From contig OZ242029.1 of NCBI GenBank assembly GCA_965205015.1, positions 1,952,001-2,016,000 on the forward strand: 64,000 nt of DNA, in the 5' to 3' direction. Below the pieces are notes generated by a model. The model did no database searches and was not told where the DNA came from. It was given only the letters and a program-made list of their open reading frames with translations. Shown here piece after piece: positions 1 to 9,022 of the stretch; positions within the stretch are counted from its first letter, which is position 1, and the number at the start of each line of letters is the position of its first letter. Made by a program: the position numbers and the translations under genes. This DNA comes from Candidatus Poribacteria bacterium (lineage in GTDB: Bacteria; Poribacteria; WGA-4E; WGA-3G).

Positions 1-1
1 A

Positions 2-1597
2 ATCAATCCGGACTTTGGACAGGTGGAGGCAGACCCTGCGACTTTAAATCTCTCTGCTTATGAGGAATTTTTCGAGGAACGGAGACCCTTTTTCGTCAAA
101 GGGTCTTCCATTTTTAACTTCGGAGGGGGCGAAAATCAATTTTTTTACTCAAGACGAATCGGACGGCAACCGAGACATTTTCAAATGCCAGAGGATGCGA
201 CTGTACTGAATCGTCCAGAGGCGACAACGATCTTGGGAGCCGCCAAAATCGTTGGAAGAACCAACAGCAACACCTCTTTCGGTATCATGGAGGCTGTTAC
301 GGCACCCGAGTCTGCACAGATTAAGGAGAAAGGCAAGGATCGGGATCATCTCCTTGAACCGTTGACGAATTACTTTGTGGGACGAGTGACACAAGACATT
401 TTGGAAGGTAATTCTCGTATTGGCCTGATAGCAACATCGGTAAATCGCAGGGCTTCCAATGCCGCCTATGTCGGTGGACTCGACTGGGACTTGAGATTTG
501 CGAAGGAGCGGTATAAGATAGGCGGGATGCTCGCCGCAAGCCAAGCCGGAAAACTTGAGTCGCGTAAGTCAGGTTATCTCGCACATATTGAATTTAATAA
601 ACAGGGGGGATGGTGGCGGCTTCATACCGATTTTAATGTTCGCTCCCCAAGCTTAAACATAAATGACGTAGGATATACGCAGCGCGGCGATATGATGCGG
701 TGGTTCTATGACCTCATCTTCAAAAAAGAACAACCCTTCAGCATTTTCCGAGAAGTGACGTTAGGTCTCTACGGTTGGCGAGAATGGAATTATGATGGCG
801 TTAGCATCGGTCGCTATTCCGAGATATGGACAGATGGAAAACTGAAGAACTATTGGGAGTATGACCTGTGGGTAGGTCGGAATTTGGAGTCGTTTCGGGA
901 CGAGGATGTCCGACGCGGTGGGACACTGATTAAGAATCCTGCGGGGTGGTGGATTTTCAGCCGACTTTCTACTGACAGTCGCAAGATGGTTCAGATCGAA
1001 CTGAACCCGATTTTCGCATGGGATGATGATACCAAGAGTTCTGAAAAAGAGGTCAATCTTCGCCTGAACATTCGGCCTATGTCGAACATTGAGCTAAGTA
1101 TTGGACCGATGTATCGTTACCGAATTTACGATGCCCAGTGGGTCGAATTGGCTGAAGAAAACGTCGATGGACACATCAAAAAACACTACGTCTATGGCGA
1201 GTTAACAGCCCAAACACTTGACTTCACCACGCGAGCGAACATTAGTTTCACCCCGACGCTGAGTCTCCAGTTCTACGTCCAACCTTTCATTACCATTGGA
1301 GACTATACCAATTTCAAGGAATTGATTGAACCGAAGTCTTATCAGTTCAAACCGTATCCATTGAAACGGAATCCCGATTTCCACATGCGTTCACTGAGAG
1401 GCAACACCGTTCTTCGCTGGGAATTCCGCCCTGGGAGTACACTGTTTTTGGTCTGGTCCCAATCGCGTGAGATTGCGTTGGAAGACATTGGAGAAACTGA
1501 CCTTGAGTTTCGACCTGTGCATCGCTTGCGAAGCAGTTTCACGGATCCTGGAAAGAATATCTTCCTAATTAAATGTCGATATTGGTTCGGCATATAA
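2..1597 (+). CDS. DUF5916-family outer-membrane beta-barrel-like protein, 5'-truncated by the window edge
   Basis: The frame is open from base 2 (INPDFGQVEADPATLNLSAYEEFFEERRPFF), a motif typical of DUF5916. The C-terminus has amphipathic strands and ends LRWEFRPGSTLFLVWSQ...RYWFGI. Confidence 0.75.
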   Translation: MNPDFGQVEADPATLNLSAYEEFFEERRPFFVKGSSIFNFGGGENQFFYSRRIGRQPRHFQMPEDATVLNRPEATTILGAAKIVGRTNSNTSFGIMEAVTAPESAQIKEKGKDRDHLLEPLTNYFVGRVTQDILEGNSRIGLIATSVNRRASNAAYVGGLDWDLRFAKERYKIGGMLAASQAGKLESRKSGYLAHIEFNKQGGWWRLHTDFNVRSPSLNINDVGYTQRGDMMRWFYDLIFKKEQPFSIFREVTLGLYGWREWNYDGVSIGRYSEIWTDGKLKNYWEYDLWVGRNLESFRDEDVRRGGTLIKNPAGWWIFSRLSTDSRKMVQIELNPIFAWDDDTKSSEKEVNLRLNIRPMSNIELSIGPMYRYRIYDAQWVELAEENVDGHIKKHYVYGELTAQTLDFTTRANISFTPTLSLQFYVQPFITIGDYTNFKELIEPKSYQFKPYPLKRNPDFHMRSLRGNTVLRWEFRPGSTLFLVWSQSREIALEDIGETDLEFRPVHRLRSSFTDPGKNIFLIKCRYWFGI

Positions 1598-2117
1598 TCC
1601 TTCTTGAACAGAACTGTCCAAAAATTGGACTGCAAAAAACAAATCTGTCCGGCGGAATTGGTGAAAAATCTGCGTTTAGCGTGATGTGGCGTTTAAATTG
1701 ACTTTGGCATGAAAATTGCTCTAACACCCATAAGTCTGTAACGTGGAGAAGCCTTCCTCCTTGGAAAGATATGGAACACTGCGACGGCTTCTCCATAACA
1801 GACGATGTTTACGGAAAGTAAAAAGGATAATTTTCTCTTGACAAATAATGCAGAAATTGCTAACATGATGTGGGTTTGACATAAACACTTGAAGAATATT
1901 CTCGGGCAAATCGTTAGTTTTATTACTGACCGACCGATTTTTGGATGAAAAGTCAGATTTTTTGTTTTAGAATTAAGCACCTTTTCCACCCTGAAATTGT
2001 GTCTTTAATAATCGAAAGGGTTCTCTTGGTCGAATTCACGTTAATATAAATCAGAGAAAAATCGGATGTAACAACACGTTAAAGCGCGAACGCTTAACCA
2101 CATAGGAGGTGCGTCCC

Positions 2118-3695
2118 ATGAAATCGCGCCGTATGCCTCTCGTATGGATGATATCGCTTGCCCTACACACCTGCTTCGCGGTCGTCGTAGGATACATGGC
2201 GATCTCATCTAAACAACTGAAGGCACAAGATACGATTGATCTGAGTTTCTTCATCGTTACACCACCACAAGCAGCGAAAAGGGATATTATTCAGAAGCCA
2301 GCCGTTGTAACAACCCCAGTTCCAGATTTGAGAGTTGTTCCACAAACTGAGACGACGCAGCGTCGGACAACAGTCGCCCGCGCAGTCAGATCGTCCGCAA
2401 CTGCCGCACCTGCGGCATCACTAATGGCGAGTGCACCAGCCGCACCGAGAGGACAGCAAATCAAAGTTCCGAGTGCATCTCCCGTGATTCAGCATACTCC
2501 CCAACCGCTGTCAACGGATGCAAAACTACCGACAGCATCAGATGGATTGCCCCCCGCAGGCTTGCCGAGTAGCGGGGCAGTTGCAGATGGCATAGGCACA
2601 GGTATTGGTGACGGTTTGGGTACCGGGACCGGGCGTGGGACTTTCGGTTCTGGATCCAATCTTGGACAAGGACGGACACAAGGTCGGGGCAGTCTGAACT
2701 CGCTCGTAGCGGGAGCAGGTGCTGCAAATATTAGTGCATCACTGTCGGATGTCGAAAAAAACATGGTTCTCGGTAATGGGGTCCCAGAACTTCCGAAGGG
2801 AAGTCCAGGTGCTATCATTCAAGGTCGGGGTACAGAGATTATTGGAAGGCTCAATCTCGTCCGTCTTGATGATCCATTGCATCCGAACCTCGATATATGA
2901 GGCAGCGGCATCGGACATCTCCGATTCGGGGCAGGTCTGCCCTATTTAGTCCAGTCGCTGAATACAGAAACAGGTATCCAAACCCAAATGGTGGATGCAG
3001 TCCAAATTACGGATGCAGCGTTTTTTGAGTCACCCATTATCTTTATGGAACCGGTTCCCAAATCCTCAGTGCAACTCCATAACGGATTGTTAGGGGGTGG
3101 CAATATCTGGAATGCGAAAGGGGATCGTCCTTCCTTCGGTTATACCGACCGGGAGGCGCAGCGGATTCGCGAATATGTCATCAACCGCGGGGGGTTCATC
3201 TATATGCCGACCCACGGAAACACGGAAGCCGCAATGCAGCCCGCGCTGCGGGTCTTGCGCCAGATTCTTCCTGAATACCACCTCACAACTATCCCGCAAG
3301 ACCACGAAATTTACAACAGTTACTATGCGTTGAGCGGACCCCTCCGTTTTCCCGTCCGGAAAATTGGGGCTACCATTCTCCATCACGGTCCCTATCGTCA
3401 GTTGCAAGGCGTTTTCATTGAGGATCGGTTAGCTGTTCTTGTTGATACAGAAGCAATGATACACGTGATGGATGGTGCCGTCCAGAAACCTTTCTTCGGT
3501 CACTATCAGGATCGGAATAGAATCTTAGATGAATTTGCGCCAGCCGCTGCACGACAACTCGTTAACATCGTTGTCTATGCGGTGACACACGGAAGCATCT
3601 CGGATTACAGCAACTATATTCCTGCAAGTGCCCTCGCTGATGGAGAGATAGAGAGCACCCCGAAAAAGGCACCCAATGCTGCCAGTCAGTTGTAG
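2118..3695 (+). CDS. Membrane-anchored TonB-like/DUF4159 protein with an in-frame TGA at 2898-2900 (putative selenocysteine)
   Basis: ORFs 2109-2900 and 2988-3695 share a frame, and the 29 codons between them are open (GSGIGHLRFGAGLPYLVQSLNTETGIQTQ). The N-terminal TM helix has SLALH and is followed by a Pro/Ala/Gly-rich linker. The C-terminal part has DUF4159-like motifs (IREYVINRGGFIY, IPQDHEIYNSYY, LQGVFIEDRLAV, VNIVVYAVTH). GGAGG RBS at 2105-2109 favours ATG 2118. Confidence 0.7.
2901..2942 (+). promoter_or_regulatory. Putative bacterial SECIS element immediately 3' of the in-frame UGA
   Basis: Hairpin GGGCA-GGTC-TGCCC at 2929-2942. Its GCAGGTCTGC core is identical to the E. coli fdhF SECIS apical region. 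It is preceded by a second hairpin TCGGA-CATC-TCCGA at 2911-2924. Confidence 0.65.
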
Positions 3696-3730
3696 GAGTA
3701 CTAATCAAGAGCAGCACATAACTACCTATC

Positions 3731-3771
3731 AAAATAAGCCGTGTCACTCTCTTGACACGGCTTATTTTTTT
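3731..3771 (+). terminator. Intrinsic terminator
   Basis: AAAATAAGCCGTGTCA-ctctct-TGACACGGCTTATTTT perfect stem followed by a T tract, just after the stop at 3695. Confidence 0.85.
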
Positions 3772-3951
3772 CAACTTTTGCTTCCATCCTCACAGACGAC
3801 AGTATTGATTTTCGGGTCCTACCAGCGTGTTCGTCTGTCTTTTAATCACTACCGTCCAGTAACCCAAACCATCTTAACCGCAATCATTTTGCTGGAAAGC
3901 TTGGCAAATCCCGCAAAGATAGGCGAGATGATAGCAAAATCGCATTTCTAT

Positions 3952-3980
3952 TTGACAAATCGGGGTTAGGTATGTATAAT
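3952..3980 (+). promoter_or_regulatory. sigma70 promoter for the sulfurtransferase-pterin operon
   Basis: Perfect TTGACA-N17-TATAAT consensus. Confidence 0.85.
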
Positions 3981-4067
3981 ATAAACAAGAATCGTCCTTT
4001 TTAGGGCACAGTTTATATGCCCATACAAGAATCTTAACAGGATACAATGAGGAGGCTTAATACAAAA

Positions 4068-4916
4068 ATGGCTGATTACGCAAAACCTGATGTTTTAGTA
4101 ACTACAGAATGGGTCGCTGCGCACGGTGGTGATGCTGGCGTCCGACTCCTTGAGGTTGATGTTGATACTTCGGCTTATGCTGAGGGACATATCACGGGTG
4201 CAGTGGGACTCAATTGGGAAACGCAATTGTGCGATCAAGTTCGACGCGATATCCTCACGAAAGAACAGTTCGAGACACTCTGCAATGACAGCGGCATCGC
4301 CAATGATACCACTGTTATTTTTTATGGTGATAACAATAACTGGTTCGCAACGTATGCTTTGTGGCAATTCCGCTATTACGGACACGATGAAAGTCTGTTG
4401 AAAGTGATGAACGGCGGTCGTCAAAAATGGATCGATGAAGGTAGAACGCTTGTCACTGACGTTCCAGATCATTCCAGCACAGGATATCAGGCGAAATTCC
4501 CCGACGACAATGTCCGTGCTACAGCGGGGACGGTTCGGGACACACTCGGACAAGGTGTTGTTAACCTCGTTGATGTCCGTTCGCCTGCTGAATTCACCGG
4601 CGAAGTTATCGCACCTCCCGGTATGAGCGAAACAGCGCAACGCGGTGGACACATCCCCGGCGCAGCGAATATCCCATGGGCGACTGCAGTGGCTGAAGAC
4701 GGCACCTTTAAGTCTCACGACGAACTGCAAGCCATCTACGGCGGCGCAGGTGTTGATGAGAGTCAGGAAACAATTGCTTATTGCCGTATCGGTGAACGCT
4801 CATCGCATACCTGGTTTGTGCTGAAGTATCTACTCGGTTATGAGAAGGTCCGCAACTACGATGGCAGCTGGACAGAATGGGGCAATCTCGTCGGAGCACC
4901 TATTGCACGCGACTAA
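4068..4916 (+). CDS. Two-domain rhodanese / thiosulfate sulfurtransferase (CysA/SseA-like)
   Basis: VLVTTEW, GHITGAV, RGGHIPGA, active-site YCRIGERSS and NYDGSWTEW motifs. RBS GAGGAGG precedes ATG 4068. Confidence 0.93.
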   Translation: MADYAKPDVLVTTEWVAAHGGDAGVRLLEVDVDTSAYAEGHITGAVGLNWETQLCDQVRRDILTKEQFETLCNDSGIANDTTVIFYGDNNNWFATYALWQFRYYGHDESLLKVMNGGRQKWIDEGRTLVTDVPDHSSTGYQAKFPDDNVRATAGTVRDTLGQGVVNLVDVRSPAEFTGEVIAPPGMSETAQRGGHIPGAANIPWATAVAEDGTFKSHDELQAIYGGAGVDESQETIAYCRIGERSSHTWFVLKYLLGYEKVRNYDGSWTEWGNLVGAPIARD

Positions 4917-4958
4917 GAAAATAGGTGTCAGCCTTGGGGTGCTTAAGGAAAATTAAAA

Positions 4959-5252
4959 GTGTCTAAATTTGTTTCCACCCATGTTATTGCCTGCATGACA
5001 CGCCAAGACGTTTCACGGTTAATAAAGCGTTTCAAGGAAGAAGAAAACGCCGATGTAATCAACATCCGAGTCTTGTGCGATACGTTGTCCGGGCGAATGG
5101 TCTGCGAATGGGAAGCCCGCGACAGCATGACCTTAATCGAGTGGTTGAAAAAGTGCAACGTCCAGATACGCGGAACAGGCGAATGGCTCATGGCCGTCCA
5201 GTATGAGTCCATCGATGATGAACTCGTCGTCCCGCCGCGGCACAATACTTAG
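4959..5252 (+). CDS. Small hypothetical protein, possibly DUF4242-like (ferredoxin-like fold)
   Basis: 97 aa ORF within the operon. The 'GRMVCEWEARD' segment resembles DUF4242 proteins. Confidence 0.5.
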   Translation: MSKFVSTHVIACMTRQDVSRLIKRFKEEENADVINIRVLCDTLSGRMVCEWEARDSMTLIEWLKKCNVQIRGTGEWLMAVQYESIDDELVVPPRHNT

Positions 5253-5273
5253 GTACATAACACCACGAAACCG

Positions 5274-6101
5274 ATGTACTACTTAACTCGGCAGACGGCG
5301 TTTGAAGCATCACATTACAATCGTATCCCTGAATTGAGCGATGCAGAGAACTTGGAGCTGTTTGGTGCCGCCGCAAATCCAAATAGCCACGGGCATAACT
5401 ATGTGCTTGAGGTGATGGTGAAAGGCAGTGTGGATGTAGATGACGGGATGGTCATCAATCTGGTGACCTTGGACGCGTTGTTGAAAAGCGAGGTACTCAC
5501 CAATTACGATCACAAACACCTGAACCATCAACATCCCGTATTCGCAAAGAATCCGCATCTACAACCGACGTGTGAGAACATCACTATGGAGATTTGGCAA
5601 CGGCTTGCCCCTTCTTTGCCGGACGGAATGTTGCACAGGGTGCGCCTCTACGAAAGCGCAGCAAATTTTGCAGACTATTATGGGGAAGGACCTATGGTTT
5701 ATCTTACGAAAACCTACGAATTTAGCGCAGCCCATCGTCTGCACAGCCATGCACTCAGTGATGAAGAGAACCGGGATATTTTCGGAAAGTGTAATAATCC
5801 GGCTGGGCATGGACATAACTACATACTCGAAGTTACTGTAAAGGGGGACGTAGATGCAAGAACCGGATTAGTTGCGGGTTTGAATCTGCTTGACGAAGTC
5901 GTTCAAAAACAGGTGTATGCGCGTTTCGACTACAAACATCTAAATCTCGACACGCCCGAGTTTGAGACGCTCAACCCGACCTCGGAGAACTTCGTCAAAG
6001 TGCTGTGGGAGGTGTTAGAACCGAATTTGCATCCGGCGATTCTACACCGCCTTCGCTTGCGAGAAACACCCAAAAACCATTTCGACTACTACGGCGAGTA
6101 A
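5274..6101 (+). CDS. Tandem two-domain 6-pyruvoyl-tetrahydropterin synthase (PTPS/QueD family)
   Basis: Two homologous halves: FEASH...GAAANPNSHGHNY...DHKHLN...PTCEN...LYES and FSAAHRL...GKCNNPAGHGHNY...DYKHLN...PTSEN...LRET. Confidence 0.92.
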   Translation: MYYLTRQTAFEASHYNRIPELSDAENLELFGAAANPNSHGHNYVLEVMVKGSVDVDDGMVINLVTLDALLKSEVLTNYDHKHLNHQHPVFAKNPHLQPTCENITMEIWQRLAPSLPDGMLHRVRLYESAANFADYYGEGPMVYLTKTYEFSAAHRLHSHALSDEENRDIFGKCNNPAGHGHNYILEVTVKGDVDARTGLVAGLNLLDEVVQKQVYARFDYKHLNLDTPEFETLNPTSENFVKVLWEVLEPNLHPAILHRLRLRETPKNHFDYYGE

Positions 6102-6162
6102 TCCATCTTTCTATCAAGTAGGGATATAAAAATACAGCCCATTGGAGGCGCATTTTAACATA

Positions 6163-6741
6163 ATGGAATTTAATCAGACTAACGTTACCTTTGAGTTGGA
6201 AGGACTTTACACAAAAATCCTTGAAAACTTAGGTGAAGATCCGAGTCGTCAAGGCTTAGTGAAAACACCATACCGTGCCGCGAAAGCGATGGAATTCTTG
6301 ACGAGCGGCTATCATCAAAGTGTTGATGAGATTCTGAATAGAGCCATCTTTGATGAGGATTATGACGAAATGGTGATTGTGAAAGAGATTGAATTTTACA
6401 GTCTCTGTGAACACCATATCCTTCCCTTTTGGGGTAAATGTCACGTTGGGTATCTCCCGCGGAAACGAATTGTGGGTTTGAGTAAAATCCCACGCATTGT
6501 AGATATGTTTTCCCGTCGGTTGCAAGTTCAGGAACGCCTCACGCGTGAGATTGCCGAATCCCTCGAAAACGCTCTCGACCCGCGAGGGGTCGCTGTCGTG
6601 ATGGAGGGACGGCACCTTTGCATGATGGCACGCGGCGTTGAAAAGCAAGCACCCGTGATGACAACCAATGTCATGCGCGGGACGTTCCGTGATGATAGTG
6701 CAACGCGCGCAGAGTTTCTACGGTGCATCCAAGTATCCTAA
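6163..6741 (+). CDS. folE: GTP cyclohydrolase I
   Basis: GEDPSRQGLVKTPYR, SLCEHHILPF, GLSKIPRIV, RRLQVQERLT and HLCMMARG motifs. Confidence 0.96.
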   Translation: MEFNQTNVTFELEGLYTKILENLGEDPSRQGLVKTPYRAAKAMEFLTSGYHQSVDEILNRAIFDEDYDEMVIVKEIEFYSLCEHHILPFWGKCHVGYLPRKRIVGLSKIPRIVDMFSRRLQVQERLTREIAESLENALDPRGVAVVMEGRHLCMMARGVEKQAPVMTTNVMRGTFRDDSATRAEFLRCIQVS

Positions 6742-6792
6742 TATATTTCTCAGACTTTCTCATCTGCTCACCCCGCAAGGAAAAATTAAAAA

Positions 6793-7557
6793 ATGGTTTC
6801 TCCTGACTATCCTAACGCGGCAGAAATAGGAAGACTTGACGGTAAAGTTGTCGTGATTACCGGTGCCTCAAAAGGGATTGGTAAAGCAACCGCTTTCGCT
6901 TTCGCAGCAGCAGGCGCGAAGGTTGTGATCGCTGCGCGAACACGTGAGACACTCGAACAGGTCGCAGCGGAGCTGAGAGTAAAAACGGTTTCTAACCCCG
7001 ATGCCATACTCGCTGTGCCAACGGACGTTACCAACGTCGATGCCGTGAAACAACTCATCCAACGGACATTAGACGTTTATCAACACGTGGATGTTCTCAT
7101 CAACAATGCAGGGATCGGTCATTTCGGACCCGTTGTCGATTTCGAGCCTGACGACTGGGACGCGGTACTCAATTCCAACTTAAAGGCTGTTTATCTCTGT
7201 GCAAAGTATGCGCTTCCTTCTATGTTGGAACGGGGCGGTGGGCAGATTATTAATGTGCTTTCGATCGCCGCGAAAGTCGATTTTCAAGCGTCAAGTGCGT
7301 ATTGTGCCGCGAAAGCAGGCGCGTTAGCTCTCACGAAGGTTTTAGCCAGTGAAGTCCGTCAACAGAACATTCGAGTTACCGCTGTGTTACCCGGATCAGT
7401 GCATACCCCGTTTTGGGACGACGTTCCAGAACACCCGGACTTTGAACAGATGTTAACACCGGAACATGTTGCTGATACGATCGTCTCCATTTGTCAGCAA
7501 CCGCCAGGTATGGTGACTGAAGAAATCGTTGTAATGCCGCCACTCGGCATTCTCTGA
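6793..7557 (+). CDS. SDR-family oxidoreductase (possible sepiapterin-reductase role from context)
   Basis: TGASKGIG, NNAG and YCAAK motifs. Lies directly after folE and PTPS. Confidence 0.88.
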   Translation: MVSPDYPNAAEIGRLDGKVVVITGASKGIGKATAFAFAAAGAKVVIAARTRETLEQVAAELRVKTVSNPDAILAVPTDVTNVDAVKQLIQRTLDVYQHVDVLINNAGIGHFGPVVDFEPDDWDAVLNSNLKAVYLCAKYALPSMLERGGGQIINVLSIAAKVDFQASSAYCAAKAGALALTKVLASEVRQQNIRVTAVLPGSVHTPFWDDVPEHPDFEQMLTPEHVADTIVSICQQPPGMVTEEIVVMPPLGIL

Positions 7558-7636
7558 TGGAACGTGTTTGAATTCTCTCTGATACCAAATCGATGAGCGT
7601 TATAGAGAGATTGGAATGATATGTCTGTGAGTGTTC

Positions 7637-8998
7637 TCAGTTGGTAAAGCGTCCGAGGCGCCGCCGAATGCGAATCTTGCGAATAGCACGTGGGTCAGCA
7701 TCTATAACGGTGATGATGGAATCACCTAAATCAAGTTCAGCGCCAATTTTTGGAATAGTGCCAGTCCGATCCAGAATATAGCCAGCAACCGTCTCATAAT
7801 CACCTTCGGGGATTGCGAGTCCGTAGTGTTCTTCCAGCAAATCTACTTCAGTTCTCGCATCACATTCAAGGATCTGCGGCGTAATCAGGCGGATAAATTC
7901 GGGAGCATCGCGTTCATCGGCAAATTCACCGACAATTTCTTCAACAAGGTCTTCGACGGTGACGAGACCCACCGTACCGCCATATTCATCAACAGCAAAT
8001 ACCATCGTATGCCGGGTATGCTGGATCTCTTTGAGGAGTGCATTAATGTTTTTAGATTCAGGTACGTGCAACACTGTTCGGATGAAAGGTTCAATCGTGT
8101 TAGGCGGGGTATCCGATTTTTCGTTGGGATTTGAATTCGCCTCTAATTCAACGTCATTGTAAATAACATCCAAGAGATTAACAATTCCAACGATATTATA
8201 AATTTGTTCTTCGTAGACCGGAATCCTTGAAAACCCGGAGTCAGCAGCGACTTGCAAAAAATCTTCGCATTTTGTATGCTTCTCAATCGCAACGATATCG
8301 ACAAGCGGCACCATGACCTGGGCAACCGTCCGGTTTTGTATATTGAGCAGGCTATGAATCATACGCCGTTGGTCGGTGTGTAGGTTGCCGGAGCGTTCCC
8401 CCATCGTTGCGAGGAGTCGGAGTTCTTCACGCTGCGCATCGGGACTCGGTGTGCTGGCACCCCTATCTACGAGTTTAACGATAAACTGCGTCAAAGTTTG
8501 CACAAGGTAGATGAGCGGCGCTAAAACCATTTCGGAAAGGCGTAGGAGGTAGGCATAGCGGAGCGCCAAGGTATCTGCCTTGACACGAAAGATAGTTTTC
8601 GGTAAAATTTCTCCAAAGATTAGGAGGAGTGTCGTTATACCAACCGTTGCAATGAGTCCCTGTAGACTTACTGCAAGGTTCGGGAAGCCTCGGGCAACAA
8701 GACCTTCACCGAGTTGCGCGATAAGCACATTTGCGAGATTCGTCCCGACCAGTGTCAGCGCGAGCATCCTCTGGGGCGATGCGACCAACCGATGAACGAT
8801 GCTCGCTCTGGCGTTCTCCGATTCAACAAGTTGATTAATTCGGAGTTTGTTCACCGAAACAAGTGCTGTTTCCGAACCAGAGTAAAAAGCTGACAGCACA
8901 AGGCAGACAAGAACTGCCAGCACAAGTGAACTTAACACAGCTATCTGTCCTGTGCTACTCGCACCGATTAAAAAGAGTGATAATAGAAGAATTTTCAA
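7637..8998 (-). CDS. CNNM/DUF21-CBS-CorC (hemolysin-family) membrane protein
   Basis: SAFYSGSETALVS, FGEILPK, GFSRIPVY, DEYGGTVGLVTVEDLVEEIVGE and a C-terminal CorC domain. Confidence 0.93.
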   Translation of the reverse strand: MKILLLSLFLIGASSTGQIAVLSSLVLAVLVCLVLSAFYSGSETALVSVNKLRINQLVESENARASIVHRLVASPQRMLALTLVGTNLANVLIAQLGEGLVARGFPNLAVSLQGLIATVGITTLLLIFGEILPKTIFRVKADTLALRYAYLLRLSEMVLAPLIYLVQTLTQFIVKLVDRGASTPSPDAQREELRLLATMGERSGNLHTDQRRMIHSLLNIQNRTVAQVMVPLVDIVAIEKHTKCEDFLQVAADSGFSRIPVYEEQIYNIVGIVNLLDVIYNDVELEANSNPNEKSDTPPNTIEPFIRTVLHVPESKNINALLKEIQHTRHTMVFAVDEYGGTVGLVTVEDLVEEIVGEFADERDAPEFIRLITPQILECDARTEVDLLEEHYGLAIPEGDYETVAGYILDRTGTIPKIGAELDLGDSIITVIDADPRAIRKIRIRRRLGRFTN

Positions 8999-9022
8999 TT
9001 GCTTTGTATACCGTATCCGTTG

